Positions 13,950 through 28,563 are shown, counted from the first letter of the stretch. The stretch: 64,000 bases of DNA from Eledone cirrhosa (GCA_964016885.1 OZ024742.1:279620001-279684000); one strand, 5' to 3'. The notes: generated by a model not told the origin, from the sequence alone. A program made the numbers and translations.

Positions 13950-14660
13950 TTACAAATATATTATTAAATCTAGATTGGAACTGAGCTAGTTTTAGAAAAC
14001 AAAGGGAAATTAATTAATGTTTGACTGAAGACATTTAACAAAGATATTGCCTTAAATTCGACGTTAGTAAGTCTAACTTAATAACCCAACCATAGTCAGT
14101 GTAATTTAGGACATAAGGGTGATAAGAGGCTAATTCATTAGGTAAAGTTATTAAGTTTCGTAAGATGATTATAATTTACGTATAAGGTTATTTCTTGGCT
14201 TTGTATAGTAATTGAGTTTTCATACACTTCCTTATACAAACACAAATCGTTTCGTTGTGTATATTTTGGAATCGGTTCTTCAGCTAGTGGGATGGCTAAA
14301 AAGGAGTTCACATTTTTCCGATAACGATATTTTTGTTTTTACATTGCTCAATTCTAGAGTGTGCTTATGTTCGTATCTTTCAGATTACGTATAGATGAAA
14401 AGATGATGCTTCATTCTATCGGCTAGGGTCCATAGAATAATAAAGGGGTATTAAAGCGCAATTTAAAAGCTAATAGATATGTCTGTGTAGGTGTGTACGG
14501 AATTATTAGTTTTTACATGAATGTTATTAAATATTTTGCTGGATATCTCTTAGAACGTAAGGGATTTGATTGGAAGTTAACATAATTGCAACTTTTATTT
14601 ATCTAAATATATAATTGGGTTTAGGATAATGATATAAACTAAACTTTTAAAGAACCTAGC
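13950..14660 (-). mobile_element. highly decayed PLE GIY-YIG remnant
   Basis: Scattered minus-strand peptides (..DLCLYKE.., F(K)LRFN-like) resemble the ORF at 8749. It lies next to HHR-bearing terminal repeats. Confidence 0.3.
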
Positions 14661-14681
14661 TACAGCATATATATATATATA

Positions 14682-14985
14682 TATTCAATGATATTAAATA
14701 AATGGAAACTATATTTATAAGACCATATTTATTCTATTATATATATTTCAAGAGTACCAAAACTTTGGTAGGCCCTCATGAGATAAAATACAAAGTTTGT
14801 TTTATAAATATTGACATAACCAGGAAAGAATAACTTAACGGTTCAAGTTTTTCCTGGAAAAACATAAACCGTTACGTTATCTGATGAGGGCGTACCAAAG
14901 TTTTGGTACTCTTGAAATATATATAATAGAATAAATATGGTTTTATAAATATAGTTTCCATTTATTTAATATCATTGAATATTAT
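14682..14985. repeat. inverted pair of PLE terminal-repeat fragments containing hammerheads
   Basis: 14682-14785 is the near-perfect reverse complement of 14877-14982. The plus copy reads ttat-CTGATGA-gggcgtaccaaagttttggtactctt-GAAA-tatata-TA-atag. Confidence 0.75.
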
Positions 14986-15254
14986 ACTCCAGAAAATACT
15001 GTTGAGTGCTTTGAATCAGTTATAAACATTTATATTTGTTGAATTACCAACACATTGAATATCCCTTTTACTTATATATATATAAATATAAGTTAGTTCC
15101 ACAACAGTTAATATACCAACAGTTAATAAAACAACGTTTCACCTTGCATATTTTCAACTCGGGTGAGTGGGTTATATGTATAACCCAGGGTTCTACCACA
15201 ATATATGTATATATATATACAAAGATGTGCGTTAGAAACCGAGGTATATTGTGA

Positions 15255-15710
15255 AGCTATATCTGTGTAGATACAGCGTGTGTAACCGAGTCTGCACCAA
15301 CGTGTAGAAATGCATACATATACCTAATATGTAGCCAAGTCAGCATGCCAGAAAATATCAATTTCCCTGTAAACTGAAAAAAATGATAGATATGTTTAAC
15401 TGATTTTCGGATATAATTGTACCCTCATCAGAAGACCTTAATTATATGGAAATTAGTAAATCCATTTCATAATTATACTCAGTGTTTTTATGTATTATAC
15501 CCATCAAATATACGTTTTCTTGTGGTTGATTGCACGATATACACACCTTCTGATGAAGGTCCAATTAGATCCGAGAATAAATTAAATAGGTTTATCATGT
15601 TTTCACTTTACATGGAAATATCTATTTTCTGGCATGTTTGCATATTAGATATGCGTATATATTTTCTACATTCTTGGTTACACACTCTGCATTTGTACAG
15701 ATATAATGTT
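15255..15710. repeat. diverged inverted pair of terminal-repeat fragments with HHR-like cores
   Basis: 15255-15435 is approximately the reverse complement of 15548-15710. Both start with ttctgatga.gg..caatta.atccga.aat. A related copy is at 59690-59815 (minus). Confidence 0.6.
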
Positions 15711-16933
15711 ATCATATATATAATTGGCGCCGCGTCCGTCACGGCGACGATAGTTCCAGCTTATTCAATCATTAGTTTAAATTAATTAGAAATGTTATGG
15801 CTATTCAGGATAAAAGTGGAATATATTTCAAACTAGCATATATTTCTATTAATGTGTGTAGTGCTATTATTTGTAAGACCAATATAAAATATGTACTCTT
15901 TAAACACATGTCTAGCTAGGGCTCCATTATACTTCAGTAAACATATACGTATTAGCGGAAAGGTTAGATTATCTGAGAATGAAGTTTTAGATTAACAATG
16001 GTCTTAGAATAGTTAGAAGCTTAAGGATATAGAGTAGAATTTTACATATTGTTTGAAGGGAAATAAAGATAACTAAAACCGTGATTTGCTAACGTTTGTT
16101 TCCATGGCAATAAGAAATAATAATTCTTTGAAAAACTTGCGGCTTATATTTTGGATACTCTTCGAAATAAATTAATTTCATTTGGAGATTACATATAAAA
16201 AACAGATTGATAATATATATTTGTGAGGAACATGTTTGTAATATAGATAGGGATTTGCAAAGACGGCATTCCTATATTTTTCAGATTCTCACTGCGGTGA
16301 GGATTATAGCATCTAACCGCTCCATCACAACCAGAGTTCCAAGTTCTTAATCCGAGTTCTTAGAATTAACTTCCATCTCTGGTTTCTATTCTATTATAAG
16401 TTTAAAATGTATTTTTCATGAAAGTAAATATGATAACCTCCTTGATATTCGGAATTATTTTATCAAATAAACCACTACTTGCTTATCGTGCCTATCTCTG
16501 ATTTTGTAATGTCTACCTATCTAATAGGAGGTTTGGGGTTAAAGTTGATTTTATGATCTTTCTGGATAAAATGTGTAGATTTGGTTAATAATGGTTCTGT
16601 TAAATTGGCGGCAATATTTACCATTGCTTCAGTATTGTGACCATGAGGGAATGGTTTTGTCAGGTGGAATGCGGCCATTTTCTTATATATTTCGGTTATT
16701 GTAGATAAGTATACGATTAATCCTCCCCGATGACAGATCAGTTAAATCCAACCATAAGATTTAACTGAGAGTAGAATTAGAGTGTTCTATCGTGAGTACA
16801 ATGTTGTGATACGTGAAGAGGAAAGACGAATTAAGATGACAGATCTGTGAATTCTTTAGGTATATATTCTCCAGGTATATTCTCTCAACCTATTAATTTG
16901 CTTTCAATTCAATTGCTAAAATACATTCACGTA

Positions 16934-16988
<55 letters not shown>

Positions 16989-17713
16989 CCATACATATAT
17001 GTGTGTGTTCATTTTAGTATAAATCTATGGATGAATAGATAAGGAAAAAAACTAAATATAAATAACAGGCCAAAACTCACTTGGCAAAATAGAAGTAAAA
17101 CAAGGATAATAACAGTCGCTAAGACAATGACATACCTGTATGAATAAGGGCTGTTTTACAAAATTGCTCAGAATATATTCGAATATATGTGATATCAATG
17201 AAGAATAAAAGAAAGAGTTCGAAGTTGGGTTATTGAAATGAATTAATTCGACATTCGATGCGTTATACCGATGTTAACATTCTATACTAATGTGCAAGCC
17301 AAAAATCACACAAACATGATACGGCGAATGACAATGTAATTTATGATATAATGTAAAATTTATGATATAACGTGCTGATATATCGAAGTAATTTATAAAA
17401 CTATTTGGATTTCATGAAATGTGAATAGCGTGTAGTGAAGGAATTATTGCTATTCTTCTACAGGTTAATATCATTTCGCACCGCACTTTACATTTGGAAT
17501 ATACTCTACAACAGGGTATATGTAATAAAGTACAAAGAACTGGATTGGAGTAGAGAATTATTCCTACCAGCATTATATTAATGAAACATGTGACCAAACA
17601 TAAGATAATTACAGGAATATAAAACTGACGCCACTCGATTTCAACAAGAAGGACGCTGACTTGAGAGCATAACTAAGAACAGACCGCAGAACAGTAATAT
17701 ACCTACACGCACA

Positions 17714-17780
<67 letters not shown>

Positions 17781-17785
17781 GCGCG

Positions 17786-17934
<149 letters not shown>

Positions 17935-17966
17935 GTACATATATATTTATACACATATATATAATA

Positions 17967-18001
<35 letters not shown>

Positions 18002-18183
18002 TCATACATACATATATGTATATATATATATTTATATATATACATATTTACAAATATGTATAGTTTATATCATCAATAGACAATATGCTGTAATTAAGCG
18101 TCTCAGGCAGTTCTCTCATGAAGAATGTAAACGAAGTATATGCAGACATACATACAATACACACTCAGACAAATACATGTTTG

Positions 18184-18274
<91 letters not shown>

Positions 18275-18497
18275 CGAGATAAATAGAATCTAATTATCTA
18301 GATGCACACGCGTATATAAATATATTCAATATCTAATGAAATAGAAGTACACTCCTGCGTCCAAATACTACACACGCACACATGCAAACACACACATACA
18401 AGCAGCCATATATATATATATAATTCCAACAAATACCAAAGCGCTGCGAAATTGATCTCCAATTTCGTCAAGGCTGTATATATGTATATATGTGTTT

Positions 18498-18560
<63 letters not shown>

Positions 18561-18598
18561 GAAAAAGATAAAAGGAAGAATTTGTAAAGCACGACTTG

Positions 18599-18639
<41 letters not shown>

Positions 18640-18855
18640 CAAGAATTGATGTTAGCAAAGCCGACTTTCTCCCGTTTTGATTATCAAAACATTTATTATT
18701 AGATTAAATTGTTTTTTCGCTAAAAGTCCCGCATGCTGATTCTGGACCTATTAAAAAGCACCTTAATATATATGCCATGTGCGCTTATCAAACTCTTTTT
18801 TTATCATTCTCATTATACAATATGATCTGAATGGAAGGTTTTCAACGTGAATACT

Positions 18856-18932
<77 letters not shown>

Positions 18933-18982
18933 AGTATGTATGTATACGTACATACATATATGTATACAGACGTACAGTAGCA

Positions 18983-19060
<78 letters not shown>

Positions 19061-19215
19061 CATAAAGGTACACATACACATATGTACGTATCAGTTTAGC
19101 GGACGCTTATTATAACGCCCGCTTTGTTCGTTTGTAAACAAACTGAACAGCCTGAATTTATGCGGTGCGGTGTTAAGGCAACCACGTCACCTTTTTGTTC
19201 AACACTGACACAGGA

Positions 19216-19258
19216 ACGATGTACTAGTTTCTAGCTTGTTAGCTATCATCAGCACCGT
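19216..19258 (-). ncRNA. minimal type I hammerhead ribozyme
   Basis: acggtg-CTGATGA-tagct aaca agcta-GAAA-ctag-TA-catcgt, with a GUA triplet and palindromic stem III. Confidence 0.8.
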
Positions 19259-19683
19259 ACACCCTTCTGCCAGATGGTTGAACGTTCGAAAGTATATACT
19301 TTCCTTATGAAAATTAACGGCTGAGCAGCCTAATTTGCATATCGAGTGAGTTCAATCGGCAAGGCGTACCGAAAACGATAAGTTGTAATAAAATGAAAAC
19401 GAAATTTCATTTCTCACTCTTTGTACGGCACTTACTTAAATGTAAGTATGTATGTATACGTACATACATATATGTATACAGACGTACAGTAGCATGCATA
19501 TATATATGTATATTTATATATATATATACATACAGGTACACATACATATATGTACGTATCAGTTTAGCGGACGCTTATTATAACGCCCGCTTTGTTCGTT
19601 TGTAAACAAACTGAACAGCCTGAATTTATGCCGTACGGTGTTAAGGCAACCACGTCACCTTTTTGTTCAACACTGACACGGGA

Positions 19684-19726
19684 ACGATGTACTAGTTTCA
19701 AGCTTGTTAGCTATCATCAGCACCGT
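19684..19726 (-). ncRNA. minimal type I hammerhead ribozyme (copy 2)
   Basis: Same motif, 468 bp from the first copy. Confidence 0.8.
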
Positions 19727-20085
19727 ATACCCTTCTGCCAGATGGTTGAACGTTCGAAAGTATATACTTTCCTTATGAAAATTAACGGCTGAGCAGCCTA
19801 ATTTGCATATCGAGTGAGTTCAATCGGCAAGGCGTACCGAAAACGATAAGTTGTAATAAAATGAAAACGAAATTTCATTTCTCACTCTTAGTACATACTT
19901 ACATTTAAGTAAGTGCCGTACTAAGAGTGAGAAATGAAATTTCGTTTTCATTTTATTACAACTTATCGTTTTCGGTGTGCCTGGCCGACTGAACTCACTC
20001 GATATGCAAATTAGGCTGCTCAGCCGTTAATTTTCATAAGGAAAGTATATACTTTCGAACGTTCAACCATCTGGCAGAAGGATAT

Positions 20086-20128
20086 ACGGTGCTGATGATA
20101 GCTAAGAAGCTTGAAACTAGTACATCGT
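20086..20128 (+). ncRNA. minimal type I hammerhead ribozyme (inverted copy)
   Basis: acggtg-CTGATGA-tagctaagaagctt-GAAA-ctag-TA-catcgt. Confidence 0.8.
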
Positions 20129-20284
20129 TCCTGTGTCAGTGTTGAACAAAAAGGTGACGTGGTTGCCTTAACACCGTACGGCATAAATTCAGGCTGTCAG
20201 TTTGTTTACAAACGGACAAAGCGGGCGTTATAATAAACGTCCGCTAAACTGATACGTACATATATGTATGTGTACCTGTATGTA

Positions 20285-20348
<64 letters not shown>

Positions 20349-20523
20349 TGCTACTGTACGTCTGTATACATATATGTATGTACGTATACATACATACTTA
20401 CATTTAAGTAAGTGCCGTACTAAGAGTGAGAAATGAAATTTCGTTTTCATTTTATTACAACTTATATATATATATATATATAATTCCAAATATTAACAAA
20501 ATAGATATTCTTGTGATCAATTA

Positions 20524-20590
20524 TATTTTATTTTACATATTTCAGAGGTACTGAATTAAGTTCAACAGTACGTCATCATCAGATAAAATA
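20524..20590 (-). ncRNA. degenerate PLE-type hammerhead
   Basis: tattttat-CTGATGA-tgacgtactg...cagtacctct-GAAA-tatgta-aa-ataaaata. The cleavage-site U is mutated. Confidence 0.55.
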
Positions 20591-21417
20591 AAATGATACA
20601 TGACATACCCTGACATTGTAGATGGTTAAGATTTAATAAAGGTAGTGATTAACTTATGCGAAAACTCAATAGTTATACCCTAATATTGAGAACATGAGAA
20701 AAGGTAATACAATCAATAGAGAGAGTGTGAGTAATATATTTTAAGAAATACATGCCATCAATGTAAGAGTTATAGAATTTTTAATACTTAAAAAACTACT
20801 AGAAAAATATGCGGGAGAGGAAAGCATAGAGGAAGAAATAGCTGATGTTATAACTTATTTAGTATTTAGCTTGAGAAGACAAATGAAAGATAAATAAAGA
20901 GAGAGAGAGACAAAGGGGAGTAATTTATGCTCAATTTTCTACATACACATATTCATATAGAGTTGGCGGTTAATTTTCAAAATATTTAATTATGTTATTT
21001 CAGGGTAAAGAATCAAATTTTAGGTTTTAAAAGTTGATGGGTATTTGTATTAATATTATAATATAATTATGTTAAATTTCTTAAATTCAAATTTATGAAG
21101 ACAAATTTAAAGGATTTACGAGACCCGCGATAGAAAGAAAATATACATATAATGTTCGATATCCCCACAAAAGTAATCTTTACCAAAATTACTTATAATA
21201 TTGACAACAGTTTCTATAATATAATTTATGAGATATTTACAGTTATAACTATTACATAATTTATTGTTAAATAGTTAGAGTGCCTAAAGTATTAACAGGT
21301 CTTATAATTAAACTTAAAGTAGTCAGAGATTTCAGCTATATATATGTGTGTATTTATCATAATATACCAAGAGTAGAATTTATTATTTGTTCATATATTG
21401 TATTAAGTAAATGATTA

Positions 21418-21632
21418 TATAAGTTCGACCTTCCAGGGAAAACCAAACGCTTATAATAATGTCATTTGAGTGTTAAATTATTTATATAAATGTAATTATA
21501 AGTATTAACTATTAGTACAACTATCTTTATCTAGGGTAATTAGATAATCGTAGTTACGTTTGTATAAATAATTTAAACACTCGAATGACATTATTATAAG
21601 TGTTTGGTTTTCCCTGGAAGGTCGAACTTATA
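21418..21632. repeat. ~70-bp inverted repeat
   Basis: aagttcgaccttccagggaaaaccaaac... at 21421 and its reverse complement ending ...ggaaggtcgaactt at 21629. Confidence 0.85.
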
Positions 21633-21660
21633 TATATTTCCATATGCATATATATATACA

Positions 21661-21905
<245 letters not shown>

Positions 21906-22086
21906 TGTGTAATATTGCCAGAATTAATAACAGAACACACTCACTGTTTGGTTGGTTTTCGCTTTTCGCTTCTGTGCCTTTTATATCGGTAACCTAATTT
22001 ACTCGGTACTCAATGTTGCCATTGACTGACCGACGGTCAAAAATAATACAGATACAATATGGACAGAAACACATATATATAGTTTA

Positions 22087-22128
22087 TCATAAATCTTTCG
22101 TTGCACATCTGCAACATCGTCAGTGGTG
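22087..22128 (-). ncRNA. hammerhead-like motif downstream of PLE ORF
   Basis: ca-CTGACGA-t gttgca gatg tgcaac-GAAA-gatt-TA-tg. Stem II is strong and stem I is weak. Confidence 0.55.
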
Positions 22129-22369
22129 CTATCATTTCCTCCCGTTGTATTGTATGTCTACGCCATTTTTATTCAATCTGTCTACATATTTATTTATTTG
22201 TTTGCTTGTTTGTTTATTTTATTTTGTCTTCTTTGCGCATGCGTTTGCGTGTGTGTATAGTTTTTTGTTTGATGTGTGATGTGTGTTCATGATTGGGTGA
22301 CTAGTGTGTGTTTATGTGCTTGTGTATGTATTTATTTATTTATTTATTTATTTTATTTTATTTACTTAT

Positions 22370-22924
22370 TTATACTTCTCTTAGGTCAGTGTTGTTTGTT
22401 TGGGTGTTGATGTTATTCCATTCATTCTTTCTGTTTAGTCTTGGTCTTCTAAGTTCTATTTCACTGGCCTCTCTGATTTGCCTATCTGCTGGGTCATTTC
22501 TATCTTTAGATATTATTCTAATTTCTATGTTGTCTATGTTACCGTCATGTTGTTGTCTGGCATGTTCGTATAGTACTGACCAGTTTTTTCGTCCTTTTAG
22601 TTCCCCCCAGTGTTGGTCTATCCTTTCACCTATGCTACGAGCTGTCACACCTATGTATGTTTCTGTCATGTTTCTACAAGTACCCTCTGTACATCGTACG
22701 CTATAGACTACGATTCTAGTTTTACAGTTTATCCGGGGGTTTACCTTACATATGATACATTTCCTATTGGTACAGTGGGTTTTATTAAAAGGGTAGGTTT
22801 TGCTGATCAGGGATTTTATGGTGGTTCCTGGCTTTTCTACCACCTTAATTTTTAAGTGGGTCTTTATCAGGGCCTTTCTACACTGGTTAGCTAATTTACC
22901 TCTAGAGGTAGCGTCCACAAACAT
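22370..22924 (-). CDS. PLE GIY-YIG endonuclease domain ORF fragment
   Basis: CTNRKCIIC...CKTRIVVYSVRC...YIGVTARSIGERIDQH...RQIREASEI...LNRKNEW. Confidence 0.8.
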   Translation of the reverse strand: MFVDATSRGKLANQCRKALIKTHLKIKVVEKPGTTIKSLISKTYPFNKTHCTNRKCIICKVNPRINCKTRIVVYSVRCTEGTCRNMTETYIGVTARSIGERIDQHWGELKGRKNWSVLYEHARQQHDGNIDNIEIRIISKDRNDPADRQIREASEIELRRPRLNRKNEWNNINTQTNNTDLREV

Positions 22925-23394
22925 GACACTCTGGTATCTCTGGTTGTCGTACCATGAGGTGACTTTCCCTATCTTATGTCTAGCCCTATCTAAGCTATTC
23001 TATTATTTGCTCCTTTATAATGGGCAAATTCCTTTCATCTCCAGTTCTATGAGGTTCTTATACTTCTCCATGGCTCCTTCGTATACTCTGACCCTCCCCA
23101 AGTATAACAATATTTGTTTCGACACACGATTTCATATAAAAAACCTCGCAAAACTATATATATATATATATGTATATATATACATATATATATTTATATA
23201 TATATACACACACATATATATATATATATATACCAATATATGTATGTTTGTGCTCGAGTTAATCTGTTGCATTAAGTGTTAATGTTTTTGAAGTATTTAC
23301 GTTCGTCATGAGATATTTTGATTGTTTTCATATACAGATGATATTTATTATTATAGCTGTGCACTCAAACACACCACTTACACTCACACACACA

Positions 23395-23432
<38 letters not shown>

Positions 23433-23609
23433 GCCCATACAACTAAACATACGTTTATATAGCTGAATATATATATATATAGAGAGAGAGAGAAAGATAA
23501 CTATAGAGATATATAGACATACACACACACACAACTTTATACACATGCATATATACACGCTCACATATACATATACGTCTATGTAGTAGGTGAATACTTA
23601 TATTCCTTC

Positions 23610-23795
23610 ATAATTGTTTCTACTTTTGGCATAAGGCCAGCAATCATCTTAGTGTATTACTGGTACTTTATTTTATCGACCCCTTAAGGATGAAAGGCAA
23701 AGTTAACCTCGGCGGGTTTTGAACTCAGTCCGTAAAGGGACGTAACTGTGCTTCAAAGCATGGCATCCGTCCCTCTACCGATACTGCCAATCCAC
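23610..23795 (-). mobile_element. SINE
   Basis: Near full-length family copy, matching 54197-54375. Confidence 0.85.
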
Positions 23796-23817
23796 GAGAT
23801 AATAATCAAGCAACTAA

Positions 23818-23931
<114 letters not shown>

Positions 23932-24044
23932 TGTGCGTGCGCGCGCGTGCTAGCGTGTGTGTTTTTTCTCTTTGTGTATGTATATAAATATACATATAAG
24001 GAAAAAAGATGAAATCGATGAAATGCAACTGGAGTCTTTTTTTG

Positions 24045-24118
<74 letters not shown>

Positions 24119-24193
24119 GAATAGAGGTGTAACACACGAGTTGTGATATATTGGTAAAAGGAAAAGAAAATGCACCATTTTCTTTTCCTTTTA

Positions 24194-24249
<56 letters not shown>

Positions 24250-24998
24250 CATTCATACATACGTACATAGATACAGACTTATCTACGTACATACATTCAT
24301 ACATATATACATATATACATAAACATACACGCACTCATATACATACTTATGCATCTTAACTTTGCAAAAATATCACGCGGCTAGTCAGTAGTCGTCATTC
24401 GGTTCTCAAGCAAACATCAGCCATATTCTCACCATAGTCTTGTAAAATGCCTGTTTGTCGAACTGCCCAGCCCAGAACATGTATGTGTAAAAGCAACGAG
24501 ATATAAAATAGATAGACTGACTAACATTCCTGTACCGGTTGACCTCTCTTTTACACCGCAATGTGCTATTGCAATGTAGTGAGAAATCGCGCACTAACCA
24601 CTCCGCCATCCACTAACACCTTTGCTACTATCGTCGCCGCCACCATTTCATTCGTGTCAATAGTCGTTTAGTGAACCTAGTTCAACTTCCGGAGTTGCTT
24701 GTCAAAACACAGAGACGTGGAAGTGATAATAATTAAATCAACTGTGATACTTCAAGCTGAGCTTCTGCTTCTTTTACTTAGACGATGTTTCTCTCTCTCT
24801 TTAATTCTTCCTCAATTTCCCCCGCTCCTTCCCTGTATCTATGAATTTCTACATCTATATCTCCTTCTGTATATCTTTATACCTATTTATTTGTTTATCT
24901 ATCTCTGCCTTAATTTAAGTATAGAAAGAGAGTTCGGTAGTCTGACTGAGGTTGCACGTGTCAATGAAATCGATGATATACAAAAGTGCCCATCTCTC

Positions 24999-25115
<117 letters not shown>

Positions 25116-25159
25116 CTCTCTCTCTCTCTCACTCACTCTGTGTATATATATATATATAT

Positions 25160-25330
25160 ATAAAACTGAGGATGTCTGTGTCTGTGTGAGTTTGAATCCC
25201 TAAAACTCGAGAACCATACAACCTACTGTTTTCAAACTTTACACATGCAATACTTAGGTGTCAGGGAGTGTTCTGGGCATAGACAATTTCAAATTGTCAT
25301 GCCCCAGGGACCGCATTAGGAGAATTAGCG
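25160..25330 (+). mobile_element. 5' part of putative non-autonomous Helitron-like element
   Basis: Matches 54106-54420 without the SINE insertion. Confidence 0.5.
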
Positions 25331-25479
25331 ATCTTTCTCTATCATTCTTTGACTTTCTCTGTTTAGCTAGATACATACATATAACGTCGCGCCCTTATAA
25401 TATCTGTCTGTATGTCTGACTGTCTGCATTACGTCACTTCCATGGCTCCAATCCAAAATACTAAAACCCCTGTTGACAA

Positions 25480-26690
25480 CCTTCCAGGGCTAAGCCAACA
25501 GCTTGAATGAAGTCATCCTATGACTCAATCAATAGGAACCAGTCTCCCGCAAATACAACACATATGCTTTCAAGTTAGATGTACTATCCATATATATATA
25601 TATATTGGTACCTGCACTTCTGGTTGTGGACATACTCATTGAATGTGTCTTTTCCAGCGACCTAGATTGTTTCGAATTCACCCGCACCGACATCCACCAG
25701 CTCTTATCCATCGTTGTCAACAACGCCTTTTTCAGTTTCATGGGCCACACCATCTAACGGACTTCTGAACTGCCCTAGCGATCCAGCCTCTAGGGCTTAC
25801 TAGCCATCTCATACATGAACCGATTCAAACGTTGAGTACTCACCTTCTCACGACACTTGTGCATTCTTCGCGAGATATGTGGATGATATACTCGTCCTCA
25901 TATTCTCCCGTGAGAATGCCAACAGAATATTCGAGTTTTTCAAGAACGCTTACAGCAACACCCGGTTCAGCGTGGAACATCTCCCCCACAGAACATCATT
26001 GAAAGTGGTGAAATTCACGCGGCTTCTTACTGTAAAGCAGTCTGCAGGGAACATTTCGACCACTACAACAGCTCTAAAAGAGAGTAGATTTCTAGGGAAA
26101 TTGCTTGCATACACAACAGATGTAGTGACACTACGAACAGAGCCAGCCGTATTAGATGAATCCACAGGCTGTAAGAGACTAATGGCTACATGCCTTCCTT
26201 CTCCACCCCACAGAGAATCACCAGACCAAAGAGCCGGAACAAACCAGACAATATTTTCTTCCTCAAGCTACTACATCTCAGTGCCGAGACTACCAATACC
26301 ATACGCAGAACCATCAAGAGAGATGACCTCAATATAAAACTGGCTGACAGGGATCCTTCCTTGCCTAACCACATGAGATTCCCCCAGCGAAGGGAATTGA
26401 TGTACCTTAGCCAATTGCCCTACCTGCAACACTGACTGTTTCCGGTGTGCCTACGTGGTGTACTAGTTAGAATGTGACAAGTGTAGTCAATTCTACATTG
26501 GCATCACTATTTGATCCTTTCACCATCCAATTAAAGAGCACATCAACACCAACTCCTCTTCCTTCCACAGACACATCCTCAAGTGCGAAATCAGGGTCAG
26601 TAAAATAACCACCACCATCGTGGTTACCGAGCACAGTATAGGCAGGCTGCAAATCAAGGAACCCCTCTAGATTAAGCAACTACAAGCACG
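25480..26690 (+). mobile_element. degenerate Penelope-like element (RT + GIY-YIG)
   Basis: Frameshifted motifs LLAISYMNRF, RYVDDILVL and VVY*LECDKCSQFYIG...PIKEHI. Same family as 1-590. Confidence 0.8.
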
Positions 26691-27017
26691 TGTGACCCCA
26701 TTTGCTCACTATACAGAGAGATTGGGAGGGCGCGAGAGAGATGGGGGTAAAAAAAGAAGGGTGTTCGGCTCTTCCGTGTTCGGAGACATTGCCCCCGTGA
26801 AGAGTATATTTTCATACTTGTGACAAACATTGTGAATTCCTATGTATGCATATGCATTTAGTTTATTTTCCGTTTAATTACATTATATATATACATACAC
26901 TAAACATATGCATACACTATATATATATGTATGTTAAAAGTAAACAGAAATAACAATACAATCGGTAGAGTATATGGAAGGGATATATTAGGTTAAGGCT
27001 TCATATAGTAGGAAGAG

Positions 27018-27056
27018 GGTCTTAACGTTTCGGACGCTACTCCTTCATCAGAAGAA
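27018..27056 (-). ncRNA. minimal hammerhead-like motif of PLE terminal repeat
   Basis: tctt-CTGATGA-a gga gtagcg tcc-GAAAC-gtt-aaga. Confidence 0.5.
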
Positions 27057-27081
27057 AGAATGAGAAATAAGATATAATATA

Positions 27082-27134
<53 letters not shown>

Positions 27135-28025
27135 AAATGGAAAGAAATGCGAGACAATAGCTAATCTAACTTGTCCAACCTAAATATCCCATCATGCCAT
27201 CATTCCAACAGTCCAGTCTAACTAAAGTTCGTTTCTTGGCCTATTTTGACACGACCGATGCTAGCAGTTGCTTTGAGTGGTTAGCTAGCAGACAAAACAT
27301 AGTTACAGACCAACTACGCTTTCATCCCTTAAAATGCTGTGCTTCATTACACATACATATTTACACCCATGCACACACGCACGCATATGTCATACACATA
27401 CTCAAATACGTACTCCTTACACACATGCGCAAATAACACTATACTTTAAAGTTTATTATTCAAAACAAATCGAACAGCCACTCACGACAATTCTCAGGTT
27501 TCTCTCTGATGTCCTCCTTACAAACTCCCTTTGGTAATGAGTGAAAAATCCGAAAATATTTGGGATCATTAAAAATTGCTACGGTAACTTTCTATCGTCC
27601 TCATTCTTTCATGTCTCTTCACGGTGTTCCTTTTATTTTTCTACTTTCTTATTACCATGGCATTTTTACCAAACACGCATTCGCGGGCTTCCAAAAGACA
27701 AAACGTATTTCTTAGTCGTATTTGTATTTCATGTTTCACAATGCTTCAAGCAAACTACATCACCTTATTATGGTACAAATATATATATGAGTTATGTACT
27801 GCAGAGATGTCCATACATAAGAACCTTAATGAATAACCGAATTGTTTAATTTTCAGATCACATATCTGCAACATTAGTTACATTAATTAATATGTGCTGA
27901 AATACTGGATCATTATACCTGACTGAAATAAAAACTACATAGGAAATTACCCGGAGCCGTTACATATCCTGTATTCCCTGCAATAATAGTTTCTTCGTCT
28001 ATCAATCCTGTCATTTACTCTCCTC

Positions 28026-28074
<49 letters not shown>

Positions 28075-28221
28075 CAAAAGTTCTATTTAAATTGTTGGGA
28101 TACAACAAACAAATATTTTTATAACTGATATAAAGCACTCGACAAGTATTTGGAGTAGATATACGATATTAACAAATTGAAACTATATTTATAAAACCAT
28201 TTATAAAACTGGTATATATTG

Positions 28222-28286
28222 TATTTCGTCTGCTGAAGGCATACCGTAATTTAACTTGGTATCCTTGAAATATGTATAATGAAATA
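28222..28286 (+). ncRNA. PLE-type hammerhead with mutated core, inside an inverted repeat (28161-28328)
   Basis: tatttcgt-CTGcTGA-aggcatacc...ggtatcctt-GAAA-tatgta-TA-atgaaata. Same family as 14877. Confidence 0.55.
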
Positions 28287-28330
28287 AATATGGTTTTATA
28301 AATATAGTTTCCATTTGTTAATATCGTATT

Positions 28331-28409
<79 letters not shown>

Positions 28410-28563
28410 AGTAAGTTAATTTTATAAATTTCTTATTTTACGTCTCTCATATTATTGTTCTGCAACCCCATGCATTGAACCACAAAGTTACTAAGACAAA
28501 ACCTATATATTAGCTAGCATAAGTATGCATCTGTGTATATATATCTTATTGGATATACTAATT

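Larger units (their letters stand above)
18929..20463. mobile_element. hammerhead-containing non-coding repeat (~470-510 bp unit): two tandem copies plus ~1.2 inverted copies
   Basis: Units start at 18929 and 19441, and the inverted block spans 19894-20463. Each unit has one HHR. It is flanked by (TA)n and has no credible ORF. Confidence 0.85.
21940..23155 (-). mobile_element. Penelope-like element 3' fragment
   Basis: GIY-YIG ORF, A-rich UTR and an HHR-like motif. 23090-23155 is shared with 53070-53145 (inverted) and 61070-61093. Confidence 0.85.

Noticed and set aside
17412-17640. Hydrophobic minus-strand ORF resembling a GPCR TM1
   Set aside because: It is short, has no further family motifs and no clear exon structure.
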